A stretch of DNA of 64,000 bases, from NCBI RefSeq assembly GCF_036365525.1, contig NC_090418.1, forward strand, positions 15,128,248-15,192,247, written 5' to 3'. Made by a program: the position numbers and the translations under genes. Origin of the DNA: Heterodontus francisci. Lineage: Eukaryota. The notes beneath the pieces are model-generated. The model saw only the letters and a program-made list of their open reading frames with translations, was not told the DNA's origin and made no database searches. Positions 62,600 to 64,000 of this stretch are shown here, piece by piece (the first letter of the stretch is position 1; the number at the start of each line of letters is the position of its first letter).

Positions 62600-64000
62600 A
62601 ACAATTGTTTATCCCTGTCTGGTGCAAAAGTAAAATGGGAAAGGTAGCCAAACCGTGGCTTACAAGGGAAATTGGAGATAGCATTAGATCCAAGGAAGAG
62701 GCATGTAAATTTGCCAGGAAAACCAACAGACCTGAGGGTTGGGAGCAGTTTAGAATTCAGCAAAGGAGGACCAAGGGAAAATAGAGCACGAGAGCAAGCT
62801 TGCGGGGAACATAAAAACTGACTGTAAAAGTTTCTATAGGTATGTGAAGAGAAAAAGATTGGTGAAGACAATTGTAGGTCCCTTACAGTCAGAAACGGGA
62901 ATTTATTATGGGGAATAAAGAAATGGCTGATCAACTAAATGCATACTTTGGTTCTGTCTTCACAAAGGAGGACACAAATATCATACCAGAAATGTTGAGG
63001 AACACATGGCTTAGTGAGAGAGAGGAACGGAAAGAAATCAGTATTTGTAGAGAAATGGTGTTGGGGAAATTGACGGGATTGAAGGCCGATAAATCCCCAG
63101 GGCCTGATGGTCTGCATCCCAGAGTGCTTAAGGAAGTGACCCTAGAAATAGTGGATGCATTGGTGGTCATCTTCCAAGATTCTATAGACTCTGGAACAGT
63201 TCCTACAGATTGGAGGGTAGCTAATGTAACCCCACTACTTAAAAAGGGAGGTAGAGAGAAAGCAGGGAATTATAGACCAGTCAGCCTGACGTCAGTTGTG
63301 GGGAAAATTATCCATTATCAAAGATTTTATAGCGGAAGCACTTAGAGAACAGTGATAGAATCGGACAGAGTCAGCATGGATTTACAAAAGGGAAATCATG
63401 CTTGACAAATCCACTAGAATTCTTCGAGGATGTAACTAGTAGAGCTGATATGGGGGACCCCAGTGGATGTGGTTTATTTGGACTTTCAGAAGGCTTTTGA
63501 CAAAGTCTCACGTAAGAGGGTAAAATTAAAGTGCATGGGAATGGGGGTAGTGTATTGCAATGGGTAGAAAATTGGTTGGCGGACAGGAAACAAAGAGTAG
63601 GGATAAATGGGTCTTTTTCCAAATGGCAGGCAGTGACCAGTGGGGTACTGCAGGGATTGGTGCTAGGACCCCAGCTATTTACAATATAGATTCATGATTT
63701 AGATGAGGGAGCTAAATGTAATATCTCCAAATTTGCTGTTGACACAAAACCTGGGTGGGAGGGTGAGTTGTGAGGAGGATGCAGAGAGGCTTCAGGGTGA
63801 TTTGGACAAGTTGAGTGAGTGCGCAAATGCATGGCAGATGCAGTATAATGTGGATAAATGTTAGGTTATCCACTTTGGTAGCAAAAACAGGAAGGCAGAT
63901 TATTATCTGAACAGCTATAAACTGAGGGAGGGGAATATGCAGCAAGACCTGGGTGTTCTCGTACACCAGTCGCTGAAGGTAAGCACGCAGGTGCAACAGG
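62600..64000 (+). mobile_element. CR1-like LINE ORF2 (pre-RT and RT), decayed, runs off the window
   Basis: KSPGPDGLHP and NYRPVSLTS motifs; RT DNA homologous to 5200-5820. Confidence 0.92.

Overview
Repeat-rich vertebrate genomic DNA, most likely from a cartilaginous fish (shark). The evidence is HE1/V-SINE-like and Deu-domain SINEs plus abundant CR1-like LINEs, alongside Penelope, Tx1/L1 and RTE relics. Four host genes can be reconstructed from splice signals and reading phase. (1) A minus-strand gene with 10 C2H2 zinc fingers, no effector domain and a coding 33-bp VNTR tail. (2) A minus-strand short pentraxin (CRP/SAP family, 218 aa). (3) A divergently transcribed, highly aberrant plus-strand short pentraxin (222 aa). 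(4) The 5' half of SNAPC2. Both pentraxins appear to have an extra non-coding first exon and altered Ca2+/ligand residues. Each of the ZNF, pentraxin A and SNAPC2 genes abuts or contains a minisatellite. Two of these arrays are motif-rich: a 44-bp CTCF-like array at the ZNF promoter and a forkhead-motif array at the pentraxin A promoter. Also notable are a tRNA-headed single-ORF LINE with internally deleted SINE-like derivatives, and two apparently locally templated insertions flanked by 9-bp duplications. Repeat boundaries are approximate, and family names come from recognition by eye, not database searches.
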